DNA from: Octopus vulgaris
Taxonomy: Eukaryota
DNA: 64,000 nucleotides
Direction of reading: 5' to 3'
Assembly: GCA_951406725.2 (NCBI GenBank)
Contig: OX597823.1
Location: forward strand, 112,716,001-112,780,000
Each line of letters starts with the position of its first letter. The stretch's first letter is position 1. This document shows, in pieces, positions 39,020 to 50,920 of this stretch. Position numbers and translations under genes: made by a program. A model generated the notes under the pieces. It was not told the DNA's origin and searched no databases. It saw only the letters and a list, made by a program, of their open reading frames with translations.

Positions 39020-39063
39020 CCACCTGAAGATTGTCGGTAGCAGACATGAAACATTTGTAGTGG
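39020..39063 (+). ncRNA. Type I hammerhead ribozyme motif inside an inverted repeat (arms about 38943-38992 / 39105-39156)
   Basis: ccac-CTGAAGA-t-tgtc-ggtagca-gaca-t-GAAA-c-attt-g-TA-gtgg. Confidence 0.75.
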
Positions 39064-39238
39064 CGGTTTATTTAATTTATATTAAAATTTTATGTATTGA
39101 TTAAGTCTTTCCTTGTTTGGTTTTAAAATAGTGGTTTTGTCTCGAATTATATTATATAATATTTTACTATAAAATTGGATTTAACCCTAAATCTGATTTT
39201 TCCCTGTAATTTTGGATTCATTCCCTAATATTTATTAT

Positions 39239-39275
<37 letters not shown>

Positions 39276-39419
39276 GTATATATATACATATATATATATG
39301 TATATATATATATATGTATATATATATGTATATATATATATGTATATATATATATGTATATATATATATGTATATATATATATGTATATATATACATGTA
39401 TACATATATATATATATAT

Positions 39420-39746
39420 ACTCTTTTACTCTTTTACTTGTTTCAGCCATCCGGCTGAGGCCATGCTGGGGCACCGCCCTTGTTGCTACCCTCTCTAAGT
39501 CCAGTTTGCCGTGGCTGGCCACTGATCTAAGAGAGAGTTTGTAGCTGCTGCCCTTAGGTTACCTTCGTACCTTGCAGTGGGTTCATCTGGGATCCCGGAA
39601 AGCAGCTTGTCTAGATGTTTTTTGAAAATGTCCACATCCGCATCATGTAGATCTCTTAGTTTTCTTGGCAGTTTGTTGAACAGCTGAGGGCCCCTGAACC
39701 CCAGGCTATTACAGTATCTGCTCCTTACCCAGTATCTGCTCCTTAC
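39420..39746 (-). mobile_element. CR1-group LINE 3' end
   Basis: - strand [46 protein letters not shown] then ggcggtgccccagcatggcc..gaaacaagtaaaagagtaaaagag tail. Confidence 0.85.
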
Positions 39747-39831
39747 ATATATATATATATATATATGTATGTATATATATATATATGTATGTATATATGT
39801 ATGTATATATATACATATATATATATATATG

Positions 39832-39882
<51 letters not shown>

Positions 39883-39968
39883 GCATATATATATGTATAT
39901 ATATATGTATATATATGTATATATATATGTATATATATACATGTATATATATATGTATATATATATGT

Positions 39969-40061
<93 letters not shown>

Positions 40062-40084
40062 GTATATATACATATATATATATA

Positions 40085-40136
<52 letters not shown>

Positions 40137-40141
40137 GTATA

Positions 40142-40186
<45 letters not shown>

Positions 40187-41173
40187 GTATATATATGTAT
40201 ATATATGTATATATATACATATATATATATGTATATATATACATATATATATATATATGTATATATATACATATATATATATGACGGGCTTCTTTCAGTT
40301 TCCGTCTACCAAATCCACTCACAAGGCTTTGGTTGACCCGAAGGCTATAGTAGAAAACACTTGCCCAAGGTGCCATGCAGTGGGAATGAACTCGGAACCA
40401 CGTGGTCAGGAAGAAGCTTCTAACCACACAGCCAGATAAGACCGGAGCCTGGTGCAGCCTTCTGGCTTCTCAGATTCCCGGTCGAACCGTCCAACCCATG
40501 CTAGCATGGAGAACGGACGTTAAACGATGATGATGATGATGATGAAAGTGGGTAAGGCCAGTTTATGGGATTACCTTAGGTTTCCCGTTCATAAAGGGTT
40601 TAGCTTTATGGCCTATCATAGGTTTCAAAACTTGTTGACCCAAGACCTCTTAAAAATAGGGAGGAGGAAATGCTTCACTACTCAAAGGTAACAATCGGGG
40701 GTTATCTCCTTTCGCTTTTGGCTATGGACTTCCAGCTGTGCTGCCATCTTGTGGACTCCAAAAAACTACCAGGAACCTCCTGAAATATATTTAGAGAGAG
40801 AAACAATCAGTGTTGGTTGCCTATGTTCACATAACTTAGTGGTTCAGCTAAAGGGACTGATGCAGTAAGTACCTGGCTTAAGAAATAAGTACTGGGGTTG
40901 ATCTGTTCACACTGGACTGTGGTCATACTGGGGCACCAGTATGGTCACTGCCCAGTGAGTGGAAAAGGTAAAGGATAAAAATTATGTTTGATATTTAATT
41001 AAAGTAATTGTTAGATATTTAACTCTATTGTTACTGTATTTATTTTGAGGTGCTCTGTGTTTCTTTCAATTAATTTGAAATATAATACAGAATTTAGTAA
41101 AATAACTTAGTTATTTTTCGTTTTGGGTTTTGGTTTGCAAGATTCTTTATAAGAGTTTGTGTTTTGAAGCATA

Positions 41174-41424
41174 TTCTGTTGTGTCTGGGGAGAGTCATTT
41201 TCTTGTTGTGCCTTATAAGGTAACACACTCACTGGTAAAATTTCCACTTATTTCTTATTTTTATTTTCCTAAAATTTTCTTTGCGTCTTGCAATCTTTTC
41301 AATAGCCTTGATGCCACGAAAATTTTAGGAAAATATAAATAAGAAATAAGTGGAAATTTTACCAGTGAGTGTGTTACATTTATAAGGCACAAAAAGAAAA
41401 TGACTCTCCCCAGACACAACAGAA
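41174..41424. repeat. Inverted repeat, about 106-bp arms, 38-bp spacer, with U3-A8 hammerhead-like motif (41269-41305, -)
   Basis: 41174-41279 versus 41318-41424; RC cta-TTGAAAA-ga-ttgc-aagac-gcaa-a-GAAA-at-TT-tag; aacttagttat duplicated at 41104 and 41423. Confidence 0.85.
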
Positions 41425-41945
41425 CTTAGTTATCATTAAGCTAGTGTTAGGAACATTAATTGTGACTAAGGTTTGGTGGAAGATTTTAATTCAAAACTTA
41501 TGAAAACGAGATATTTGTACTACAAAGCCAGAGGCGGTTTCAGCCAGGTTGCTACATAAAGGGTTAATCAAAAACTGTGTACAACAACTTAGCAGGCTGT
41601 CACTACAATAATTTTATATTTATAGGTTATCTGAATTCATTATCATCGAGAAATAATAAGTGTGTTGGAGAGGAAACTATACCTTTAGTGTGATCTTCTG
41701 AGGAAGTAGCAGTTTATGTAATGAAATGCATGTCAGAATTCATATAACACTTAGACACATATGAACCTGGGTAATATAATCTCAGTTCACCTAAGCGAGT
41801 TATTTAAACATTGGGAGTTCACAGTGACTGAACAACTAGCTGGTGCTATCATTTTATGTTTACAGGAATCAGATATCACATAAAGAAAATTATTGAATAT
41901 TTACAAGTTATCTCATGGGACACTTCCATGTTTCATTCATTGACT

Positions 41946-41982
<37 letters not shown>

Positions 41983-42291
41983 CGTGTGTGTAATACATAC
42001 GATTATTTATGCAAATCTAGCCATGTTAGAAATGCAAATATATATTTATTCACACACCCACACACACACATATCTATCTATGTGTGTATATATATATATA
42101 TACATATGTATATATATATATGTATACACACACACATATCTGTATCTATGTGTGTATATTTAACAATTACTGCATGACATTCTCATAAATGCTATCGAAA
42201 CCTGTGTAAAGGTAATTGAATTTATGATGTTACAATACAAATTTCAACCGTATCTCCCTACTACATTATGCTCTCAGATATATATATATAT

Positions 42292-42675
42292 ATCATCATC
42301 ACCTGTTTTCCATACTGGCATGGGTTTCACAGTTTGACCAGAGCTGGTAAGGCCAAGTGCTGTACCAGGCACCATTGTCTGTTCTGGCATGGCTTCTATG
42401 ATCGGATGCTCTTCCTAATGCCAACCACTCCACAGTGTACTGGGTGCTGTTAATGTGGCATCTGCACCAGTATCAATTCTGCTGTGACAGATGGGTCTTC
42501 TTGAGTACAGCAAGGTACCAGATACCTCGGTCCTTAGTCATCTCCTTTGTAAAGCTCAATGTCTTACAATAAGCATTCAGTACTTCGTCCCATGTCTTCC
42601 TGGGTCTCCCTTTTCCTCAAGTTCTATCCACTTTAAGTGATTGGCCCTTCGGAGTGCAACTGTCTACATCCATAT
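42292..42675 (-). mobile_element. Decayed RTE LINE 3' end
   Basis: RC gggagacccaggaagacatgggacgaag (GRPRKTWDE) followed by the 3' core motif and tail. Confidence 0.65.
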
Positions 42676-42861
42676 GTATGTATGTATGTAACTTATTTTA
42701 TTTAAATTTTATGTTTTAGCATCCACCACACAATCTCTAAAAATTAATTTTATTTTCCCCTCACCCTGAGAAGACAACCCCAAATATTATTCAAGTCAGC
42801 TGACGGTTTTGCCTCTCATCCTTCTCTCTATTAAAGATAAGTATAAAGGTTATAATTGGGA

Positions 42862-43154
42862 TATTCACATTATTTACATTATTTACAATTGATGAATATT
42901 TGTCCGCATCATGTTTGTTGTTAACACAATGTTTCAGCTGATGTACCCTCCAGCCTTCATCAGGTGTCTTGGGGAAATTTCGAACCTGGATTCTCATTCC
43001 TGTATTTTTCGATGTTATTGTTGTTGTTGTTGTTGTTCTTCTTCTTCTTATTATTATTATTGTTATTATTATTATTATTCAGGTCACTGCCTGGAATCGA
43101 ACTCAGAATCTTAGGGTTAGTGGCATGTGCTCTTAACCACTATGCCATATGCCC
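42862..43154 (-). mobile_element. tRNA-headed SINE-like element carrying a hammerhead motif (42923-42968)
   Basis: RC: A-box tggcatagtgg, B-box gagttcgattcc, (AAT/AAG/AAC)n linker, gacac-CTGATGA-a-ggctg-gagggtacat-cagct-GAAA-ca-TT-gtgtt, (tgtaaataa)n tail. Confidence 0.75.
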
Positions 43155-43604
43155 GTTGGCCTATGAAATATTATATATAGCGCTTTGCCGACTGACTGTT
43201 ACATTGGGTGTCTGTGAGGTGTAGGACGCTTGTCATTTGAATAACATGCGATTTCATTAAGAAATGCAATTTAGATAATTGGTTGGCGAAGGACTAAATA
43301 AACAAAGATAATAACGATGATAAAGCAATACTCACAGAAGTCCCTGCAACAGCAGCAGCAGCAGCAATACAAGTGTGAAAACAACTAGCAACATATAAAA
43401 AAATTTATCAAGGAAAGAAAACATGCACTGACAGATTCATACACACACACACACACACACACACATTTGTGTGTGTCAGTGCAAAAGGAGTTTTCAACCC
43501 CTTATTTACACGGTGTTATTCATAGCTTAATATGTACTTTGAGATCCAGTAAAAAAATTTTCTCATGTTCTGAAATAGTTTGTAAATTATTATGACATCA
43601 AATA

Positions 43605-43653
<49 letters not shown>

Positions 43654-43654
<1 letters not shown>

Positions 43655-43726
43655 TTTATTTTAAAAAGCAGAAAATTCAACAAAATTCAACAGATTTTGT
43701 TGAATTTTCTGCTGCTTAAAATAAAG
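43654..43726. repeat. Hairpin, 33-bp arms, 7-nt loop, adjoining (TA)n
   Basis: ctttattttaaaaagcagaaaattcaacaaaat / attttgttgaattttctgctgcttaaaataaag. Confidence 0.85.
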
Positions 43727-43795
43727 CATATTACTCTACCACTGGTATTTGAGTACTCTTTTTTCCACCTTGTTTCACATTTATGTGTTTACTCC

Positions 43796-43838
<43 letters not shown>

Positions 43839-43934
43839 CGGAAAGGTTTACGAAAATAAACAAAAGACGAAGGCAGGTGGAGTACAAACAAACAAATGTA
43901 TTAGTATGGCGCTCAGGAATAGAAATAGAACAAG

Positions 43935-43972
43935 TCTTTTACGTTTCGAGCCTACGCTCTTCGACAGAAAGA
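43935..43972 (-). ncRNA. Minimal hammerhead-like motif (A6U core variant)
   Basis: RC: tcttt-CTGTCGA-a-gagc-gtag-gctc-GAAA-cg-TA-aaaga; perfect 5-bp stem I and 4-bp stem II. Confidence 0.65.
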
Positions 43973-44041
43973 TACACAGAAAAGAAACAAGGAGTATGTC
44001 CAACACATGCCAGAATGGAAATTGGACATTAAATGCTGCTG

Positions 44042-44100
<59 letters not shown>

Positions 44101-44140
44101 TTTCTAAATATGTCAGAGAGATATAAGCAGTGGTGGAATG

Positions 44141-44432
44141 ATAGAGCAGTTGTATACTGTCAACTTAATGTGACAGTCCCATAAAGTCTAGACAGGTATC
44201 TTAGGCTAGTAGGTCATGCTATTCCAGACTGATGAAGAGCAAGACTCAGAAACTAGTCTCTGGATGCAGGCTTAGTTGGATGGGGGTACTTGTCTCCCCC
44301 TTGTAAACATAAGGATACAAGAAATGTGTTAAGGCCGACAGGAAGCATTGATGCTTCCTAGGGTTAAATAGCAGTGGTGTGATTCCCTTTATGGGACTGT
44401 CACATTAAGTTGACAGTATACAACTGCTCTAT
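44141..44432. mobile_element. Penelope-like remnant: perfect 46-bp inverted arms enclosing a hammerhead
   Basis: 44141-44186 versus 44387-44432; homologous to 26500-26750; ends in (TA)n. Confidence 0.75.
44223..44264 (+). ncRNA. Type I hammerhead ribozyme motif, canonical core
   Basis: tccaga-CTGATGA-a-gag-caaga-ctc-a-GAAA-ctag-TC-tctgga; 6-bp stem I, palindromic ACUAGU, GUC cleavage triplet. Confidence 0.85.
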
Positions 44433-44678
44433 ATATATATATATATACTTATATACACACTCACACTTTTATATTGTCAAATGGCATATTCCTGGTTTTG
44501 GCATATAACCGGTCATTGGCTTCATGTCAAACTGCTTCAAATATTCTTATTTTTAAAGTATTCTTGTTTTCTGACTTGAAGACAACTGACCAGTTGTGTG
44601 TTTGTGTGCGTGTATTAATATATACATTCACATACACACATGCATATACACACACATGTATATGCATATAAATACACA

Positions 44679-45010
44679 TATGAGGGGTGCTGAAAACTTC
44701 ATGGCTTGAAGGGTATCACGAAAGGGTGGAGCTGTTACTCTTACAGGGGAGATAGGACCACCATTTAGGAGAAGATATGCAAAAATCCTGATGATATGCA
44801 ATAAATATTTCTCCTTTTTGCAGATTTAACATGAGACCTAGTTGGAGGCCCAACCTTCTGAGTCCTTTTTACAGGGCTTAGAAAAACTGGAGGACCACTG
44901 CAATAAGTGTGTGACTCTGAGAGGGAAATACGTTGAATAGAATCATAAGTAACTGATCCTCATGTATTGTCTTTTACCCAAAGCCAGGAACTTTTCAGAA
45001 CTCCCTTGTA
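44679..45010 (+). mobile_element. Mariner-derived MITE
   Basis: TA-flanked TIRs tgaggggtgctgaaaacttcatggctt / aagccaggaacttttcagaactcccttg; internal GLEKLEDHCNKCVTLRGKYVE* is a mariner C-terminus. Confidence 0.75.
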
Positions 45011-45135
45011 CACCTTTATTTTTTTCATCACTACTTTTAATGCCAGCTTCACAAAGCTTTGCACATAAAAGCAAATGTAATGTTTGTAGTTTGCATATAG
45101 GAGCACCAGTTGATAGAGGGCTATGAATGGCTGAA

Positions 45136-45367
45136 GGGTGGCGAGATGGCAGAAACCTTAGCACGCCAGGCGAAATACTTAGCGGTATTTTGTCTGCCGC
45201 TACGTTCTGAGTTCAAATTCTGCCGAGGTCGACTTTGGCTTTCATCCTTTCGGAGTCGATTAAATAAGTACCAGTTATGCACGAGGGTTGATATAATCGA
45301 CTTAATCCCTTTGTCTGTCCTTGTTTGTCCTCTCTGTGTTTATCCACTTGTGGGTAGTAAAGAAATA
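45136..45367 (+). mobile_element. Family A SINE with about 17-bp TSD
   Basis: ggctatgaatggctgaa at 45119-45135 and 45368-45384. Confidence 0.9.
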
Positions 45368-45877
45368 GGCTATGAATGGCTGAAACAGTGTCTGTAGCTG
45401 ATGGAGCAAAACCATGCAGAAATATGTACTTTACTGTACAATGATGTCATCCAGAGCCCAGCTCAGTGTATTTTTACTCACTTGTAGCACAAGGAGAACA
45501 TCTCTGAGACAACTGCTGCAGTGATCATATTTTTATGCTTGAGTGTACAAAAGCATGTTTTATATATATGCATGCACTTTTGCACACACACACACAAATA
45601 TATCTTTTATGCTCTACTTGTTTTGGCATTTAGATATTTGCCATTTTGGGGCATGGCGTTGAACAGTTTGTTTTTAGTCAAATGAATCAACCCTGGTACT
45701 CAGTTTTTGTTAAGCCTGTTACTTATTCTATTAGTCTCTTTTGCTGAACTGCTAGGTTACAGAGATGTAAACACACCAACACCGGTTGTCAAGTGGTGGT
45801 GTGGGACACACAAAGTCACACACACACATATCATCATTATCATTGTTTAACATCTGCCTTCCATGCTGGCATGGTGG

Positions 45878-45923
<46 letters not shown>

Positions 45924-46098
45924 TTATATCATCATCATCATCATTTAACATCCGCTTTCCATGCTAGCATGGGTTGGACGATTTGACTGAGGTCTGGCAA
46001 ACCAGACTCCAATCTGATCTGGCAGAGTTTCTACAGCTGGATGCCCTTCCTAACACCAGTCACTCCGAGAGTGTAGTGGGTGCTTTTACATATATACA

Positions 46099-46129
<31 letters not shown>

Positions 46130-47049
46130 TATGGGCTTCTTTCAGTTTTTGTCTGCCAAATTCACTCACATGGCTTTGATCAGCCCTAGGCTATAAATGC
46201 TTGCCTAATTTGTCACACAATGGGACTGAACTCAGAACCATGTGACTGGGAAGCAAGCTTCTTAATACACAGCCATGCCTGCACATATATGTGTGTGTGT
46301 GTGTGTGATTTCAAAAAAACCCTTGATTCAATTACACCATTTACAAACTCTATGCTTGGAATGACCGATTTTAAATACTGTTGGAACTTACACACAAGGT
46401 ACAGGAATCTTATATGATGATGATTTGTGTGTGTGTCTGTTCCCACTCCCTGCTACCATCACTTGACAATCGATGCTGGTGTGCTTATGTCCCCGTAATT
46501 TAGCGGTTTGACAAAAGAGACCAATAGAATAAGTACTAGGCTTACAAAGAATAAGTCCTGGGGTCGATTTCTTCAACTAACAACCTTTTAAGATGGTGCT
46601 CCAGCATGGCCACAATCAAATGACCGAAACAAGTAAAAGAATAAAAGAATATATTATATTCATACATGCACAAATTAAATATCCCCATTTAAATAGGATT
46701 AACTAAAGATTAAGAAACAAACTGCCTTAGGAAGTTTAAAATAGAACATCTCGAAATATCAAACTTCTGCTGACTGACCACAGAAGATGAACTCCAGTAA
46801 GCATGATGATGAAGAACTTTACTGCAAGAGAAATTTGATTTATAAACTGGATTAAAACCATTAGCTGGCATTTGAATGCCTTTAGTGGAAGATTTAAACT
46901 CTGCTGCAAATATTCAAGCCAGTCTCTGGTTTGAGATCACTTTCCTCTCTCCCACCTAAATGTTTCGGAAACTATATAAAGGTTCATTGATATAGCATTT
47001 TGCTCTTGGCTTAGAGATAAAAATAATGATAAAATATCTTACTGTTATT

Positions 47050-47465
47050 ATGGCCAGGTTCCAGCCTGGGCCACAACAACGGACTCTACCTGCCACACTT
47101 CTCAGTCCATCATTAAAATGCCTTGAAGTCCTGGAGACATTCCAGGCCAGTGTCTGCAATCAAGTTGTCAATGTAAGTGTGACGATATTTTCCACTTCTT
47201 ACATCACAATGAAGAGGGTTCCACAAGACTAACTTGGATGCTTCCGGTCCAGGATGGTGCACACAGTGACCAGATAGTCGCAGCTGCCAATGCTTGATCT
47301 TCTCGTTAAATTTTGTCAAGTCTCCAAAAAGGCATTCATTTGCCATATGTTGCTGCCATTTCACATTTATGGCCATTTGTAGTGTCCTTGTATAGCATCC
47401 ATAAAGCCTGTTTGCATGAACTTACAGCTATGAGCCATGGCCTATCCATAGAGCCATAGAGTTAT
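47050..47465 (-). mobile_element. Decayed RTE LINE fragment
   Basis: - strand MAINVKWQQHMANECLFGDL..QLRLSGHCVHHP..ASKLVLWNPLH..TYIDNLIADTG; a second related piece at about 47960-48105. Confidence 0.75.
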
Positions 47466-47478
47466 AAAAGGCATGATT

Positions 47479-47850
47479 GTGGAAGCACTCCGTCGGTTAC
47501 GACGACGAGGGTTCCGGTTGATCCGAATCAACGGAACAGCCTGCTCGTGAAATTAACGTGTAAGTGGCTGAGCACTCCACAGACACGTGCACCCTTAACG
47601 TAGTTCTTGGGGATATTCAGCGTGACACACAGAGTGACAAGGCCGGCCCTTTGAAATACAGGTACAACAGAAACAGGAAGTAAGAGTGAGAGAAAGTTGT
47701 GGTGAAAGAGTACAGCAGGGATCACCACCATCCCCTGCCGGAGCCTCATGGAGCTTTAGGTGTTTTCGCTCAATAAACACTCACAACGCCCGGTCTGGGA
47801 ATTGAAACCGCGAGTCCGCTGCCCTAACCACTGGGCCATTGCACCTCCAC
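47479..47850 (-). mobile_element. tRNA(Arg)-like SINE (family C) with 13-bp TSD
   Basis: Nearly identical to the 10751 copy; TSD aaaaggcatgatt at 47466-47478 and 47851-47863. Confidence 0.92.
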
Positions 47851-48265
47851 AAAAGGCATGATTAACCACCCTAGAGAAGACAACACCCAAATAAATGTTA
47901 AGCAGTCAATCAGCATTGGCTTCTGTGTATCAAACAACTGTGGTAAATAGCAAAGGAGGGTGATGTAAGACTAGCTTGGACGCTTCCATTTCAGGGTGGT
48001 GACCACATAGTCAGGACTGTCTTTGCCTGATCTTCTTGCTAAATTTGCCAGGTCTCCATATAAGCATTCGTTTGTCATATGTCACTGCCATTACACATTT
48101 AATAAGAAATGTGAAATGATCTTAAAGAACTTAAGCACAATGTCTACAAGTCTTCAGAGTTGATTGGTTCTGCACCATCACCATTTAAGCACTCCCTCCT
48201 CACTCATCTCTTTTCTTGTCACTCATATTGTGTTTAGTCTTTTCTTCCCAGAACTTCTGTATTCT

Positions 48266-48417
48266 CTCTCTACTCATATGAAGAAAACCATTAGCCACAT
48301 TGATCTCATCCACCTCAGAGAGCCAGCAAAGGCTATGGGCATGGCCCATTCTCCTGATTTAATCTGTGTTGGAAGGTCAGCAAAGGGTTATGGTAAAACT
48401 TCATCCTGCAGACCAAG
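48266..48417. repeat. About 150-bp segment duplicated at 51388-51537
   Basis: ctctctactcatatgaagaaaaccattagcc..aaaacttcatcct(g/t)cagacc occurs twice in direct orientation. Confidence 0.9.
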
Positions 48418-48761
48418 ACAATAAAAATGTACCAGTCAAGAATCGAAACCTTATAGCAGATCAGAGCTTACAGGTGGTTTATTATACTTCTCTGCAGTTC
48501 ATGAATCTCAAGTATAGTCTTTTGGCCAAATATTGAGGTAGCATCTTCTCCCCATTCCCCTTGGTCTCATCACCATCATCATCATCGTAATATAGCTGAA
48601 AGGTTCAACTCAACTCTATCAGAACTTCATATATCCCAGAAAAATATCACAAACAATTCAACGTTTTACACTCATATAGAAACATAGCTCTCTTTCTTTT
48701 CTTTCCTTTCTCTATCAGTTTATCTATTTACCCTCACCCTCTCTTTTTCTTTTCTCTTCTT

Positions 48762-48836
<75 letters not shown>

Positions 48837-48838
<2 letters not shown>

Positions 48839-49245
48839 TTTACTACCCACAAGGGGCTAAACACAGAGGGGACAAACAAGGACAGACAAAGAGATTAAGT
48901 CGATTACAACGACCCCAGTCCGAAACTGGTACTTTATTTATCGACCCCGAAAGGATGAAAGGCAAAGTCGACCTCGGCGGAATTTGAACTGAGAACGTAT
49001 TGGCTGACGAAATACCTATTTCTTTACTACCCACAAGGGGCTAAACACAGAGAGGACAAACAAGGACAGACAAACAGATTAAGTCGATTATATCGGCCCC
49101 AGTGCGAAACTGGTACTTTATTTATCGACCCCAAAAAGATGAAAGGCAAAGTTGACCCGGCGGAATTTGAGATCAGAACGTATCAGCAGACGAAATACAG
49201 TTAAGAATTTCACCCGGCGTGCTAACGTTTCTGCCAGCTCGCCGC

Positions 49246-49247
<2 letters not shown>
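48837..49247 (-). mobile_element. Family A SINE head-to-tail dimer
   Basis: Two bodies joined at gaaatacctatttctttactacc. Confidence 0.88.
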
Positions 49248-49279
<32 letters not shown>

Positions 49280-49281
49280 TC

Positions 49282-49337
<56 letters not shown>

Positions 49338-50483
49338 ACACAACACAATTGTATATAAACAATACACACAAACATATGCACATATTTATAACAAACCAAA
49401 CCATTGAAATACATTCGACGAACCATTACAAGAGAACACAATGGCAACCATCGAAGACTAAACAATATTTTGAATGAAATCATGGGAATCATTAGAAATA
49501 TTTCTTAACAAAAACAAATAAATGAATAAAACATATAAATAAAAAGGCGAACAGCTCCTTGATAACAACAATAACAACATTGAAAAAATATTAATGAAAG
49601 CCAACAGATATTTCCTTTGTGAAAAGATATTAATATAGAATAAATAAATGTATAAATAGACATTGATGGTTCGTTAACGAGATAAGTTGGACGTAACTAA
49701 TTATATTTATTGTTTGTCATTCATAATATAATTGAAAGTTTCTATTTCGTTCGGTTTGTTGAGAGGTATTTTGGCAGAGAGTTTTGCTTTTCAATAAGAG
49801 TTTATAGGTGAGAATGCTTCAAATATTAGCCCTCGGAAACGGCAGAAGCAACGGTTTGAAATTGGCTCTCTTATCTTGACGTATAAAAGTGGGAAGATTT
49901 TTCACATAGAAGTTCGCTAAGTTGATTTGCCTTGAGCAGTGAAAGCATCTACCAATGCCATTGATGATGCTGACAGATGGAGATGGTTATTTCATGTTTC
50001 TTTCTTTTTATCGTCTGATAGGAGTAATTGGGGACAGACAGACTACAATCGCCTAGAACGGTCTTCTCCTTTTTTGTTAAGAAATATGATTGAATCTCAT
50101 CAAATCCATAAAAGAGTTTAGTACGTTGATTTACCGTAAGGAGTGAAATATTGTAACTTTTAGAAACTTACCACGATACAAGTGAGAAAGACATATAAAA
50201 GTCTTCATGTATTCAGGAAATTTAGCAACATCTTTTTATGTGTTCTCTCTTCCTCAGAATAAGTGCAAGTGTTTCAGACCTCAGATTTTTAAATTTCTCA
50301 CAACGAATCCGCTCTCCTATAGAATACAATTTTTGTGAAAAGATTCCACCACTTGTTTCCATTGGGTTGCAAACTTTACTTTCACATACCTCTGCTCTCC
50401 CCTGCTTGTGTGTCTCATCTCTCTCCTCCCCTACATATATTGTGTTCTAGATTTATTAGAAATCATGTTTTAGAACAAATATG

Positions 50484-50920
50484 TTTCTTTTATTACCCAC
50501 AAGGGGCTAAACACAGAGGGGACAGACAAACGGTTTAAGTCGATTACATCGACTCCAGTGCGTAACTGGTACTTAATTTTATCGACCCCCTAAAGGATGA
50601 AAGGCAAAGTCTACCTCGGCCAAATTTGAACTCAGAACGTAACGACAGACGAAATACCGCTAAGCATTTCGCACTTCGTGCTAACGTTTCTTATTTCTTT
50701 ATTGCTCACAAGGGGCAAAACACAGAGGGGACAAACAAAGACAGACAAAGGGATTAAGTCGATTACATAGACGCCAGTGCGTAACTGGTACTTAGTTTTA
50801 TCGACCCCGAAAGGATGAAAGGCAAGGTCGACCTCGGCGTAATTTGAACTCAGAACGTAACGGCAGACGAAATACGGCTATGCATTTCGCCCGGCGTGCT
50901 AACGTGTCTGCCAGCTCGCC
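50484..50920 (-). mobile_element. Family A SINE head-to-tail dimer
   Basis: Two bodies joined at gctaacgtttcttatttctttattgc. Confidence 0.88.

Larger units (their letters stand above)
38697..40433 (-). mobile_element. Family B SINE split by insertions in its internal (TA)n
   Basis: Tail at 38697-38880 and head at 40281-40433 in the same orientation, separated by TA tracts, a hammerhead-bearing inverted repeat and a CR1 fragment. Confidence 0.7.
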
